DNA of 64,000 nucleotides from Alphaproteobacteria bacterium UBA998 (GTDB lineage Bacteria; Pseudomonadota; Alphaproteobacteria; Rickettsiales; UBA998): NCBI GenBank assembly GCA_002291925.1, contig DBAY01000026.1, positions 1,088 to 65,087 of the forward strand, read 5' to 3'. Shown piece by piece: positions 63,910 to 64,000 of this stretch (position 1 is its first letter; each line of letters starts with the position of its first letter). The notes under the pieces were generated by a model. It saw only the letters and a program-made list of their open reading frames with translations, ran no database searches and was not told where the DNA came from. The position numbers and the translations under genes were made by a program.

Positions 63910-64000
63910 ACCTATCCATGCTTATGTGCAGTCTTCCTTCGCAATGGCATGGCGTGAAAATGCCAATAGATGCTCACTGGGGTGGCTTCGCCTTGACACC

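Overview
This is a 64-kb high-GC chromosomal segment whose gene content and synteny look alphaproteobacterial (Rhodospirillales/Acetobacteraceae-like; this is an impression, not a search result). I call about 60 protein genes, 2 tRNAs and 1 pseudogene. There is no rRNA, CRISPR array, integrase or transposase. Most of the window is housekeeping: hom, a class-I aminotransferase, phaC, argC, rplM-rpsI, phoR and pstCAB, hldE, rpmE, thiD, glmM, ftsH, tilS, the full ybgC-tolQRA-tolB-pal-cpoB cluster, yebC-ruvCAB, manC plus phosphomannomutase, mreCD-mrdA-rodA and cutA. Many long ORFs in the track are antisense shadows of real genes, which is typical at high GC, and several track ORFs carry spurious N-terminal extensions that I trimmed. 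The non-core content is as follows. (1) At 50.7-60.3 kb a two-partner-secretion adhesin operon (tpsB-tpsA-sapC) is preceded by a LapG-type BTLCP periplasmic cysteine protease. It faces a divergent two-TM receptor with a periplasmic domain, a PAS domain and a degenerate HD-GYP domain. The TpsA tail carries three LANLSPA(A/S)GG-type motifs, one of which is a PAAG di-alanine site, followed by the only two cysteines of the mature protein. I propose, as a hypothesis only, a proteolytic adhesin-release module analogous to LapD/LapG/LapA but built on type Vb secretion and an HD-GYP scaffold. (2) A small GIY-YIG nuclease gene bracketed by GTCAT-hairpin repeats splits ruvA from ruvB, and solitary copies of the same repeat family lie in other intergenic regions. 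(3) An AT-richer two-gene insert (a split XRE-type HTH protein plus a 584-aa orphan) separates phoR from pstC. (4) Several orphan ORFs sit inside otherwise conserved operons. (5) GAATACGGGAA palindromes abut the start codons of ruvA and of the annotated phoR ORF, and neither start has a Shine-Dalgarno sequence. (6) ruvC has no canonical start codon. All family assignments come from motifs I read in the supplied translations; no database search was run.
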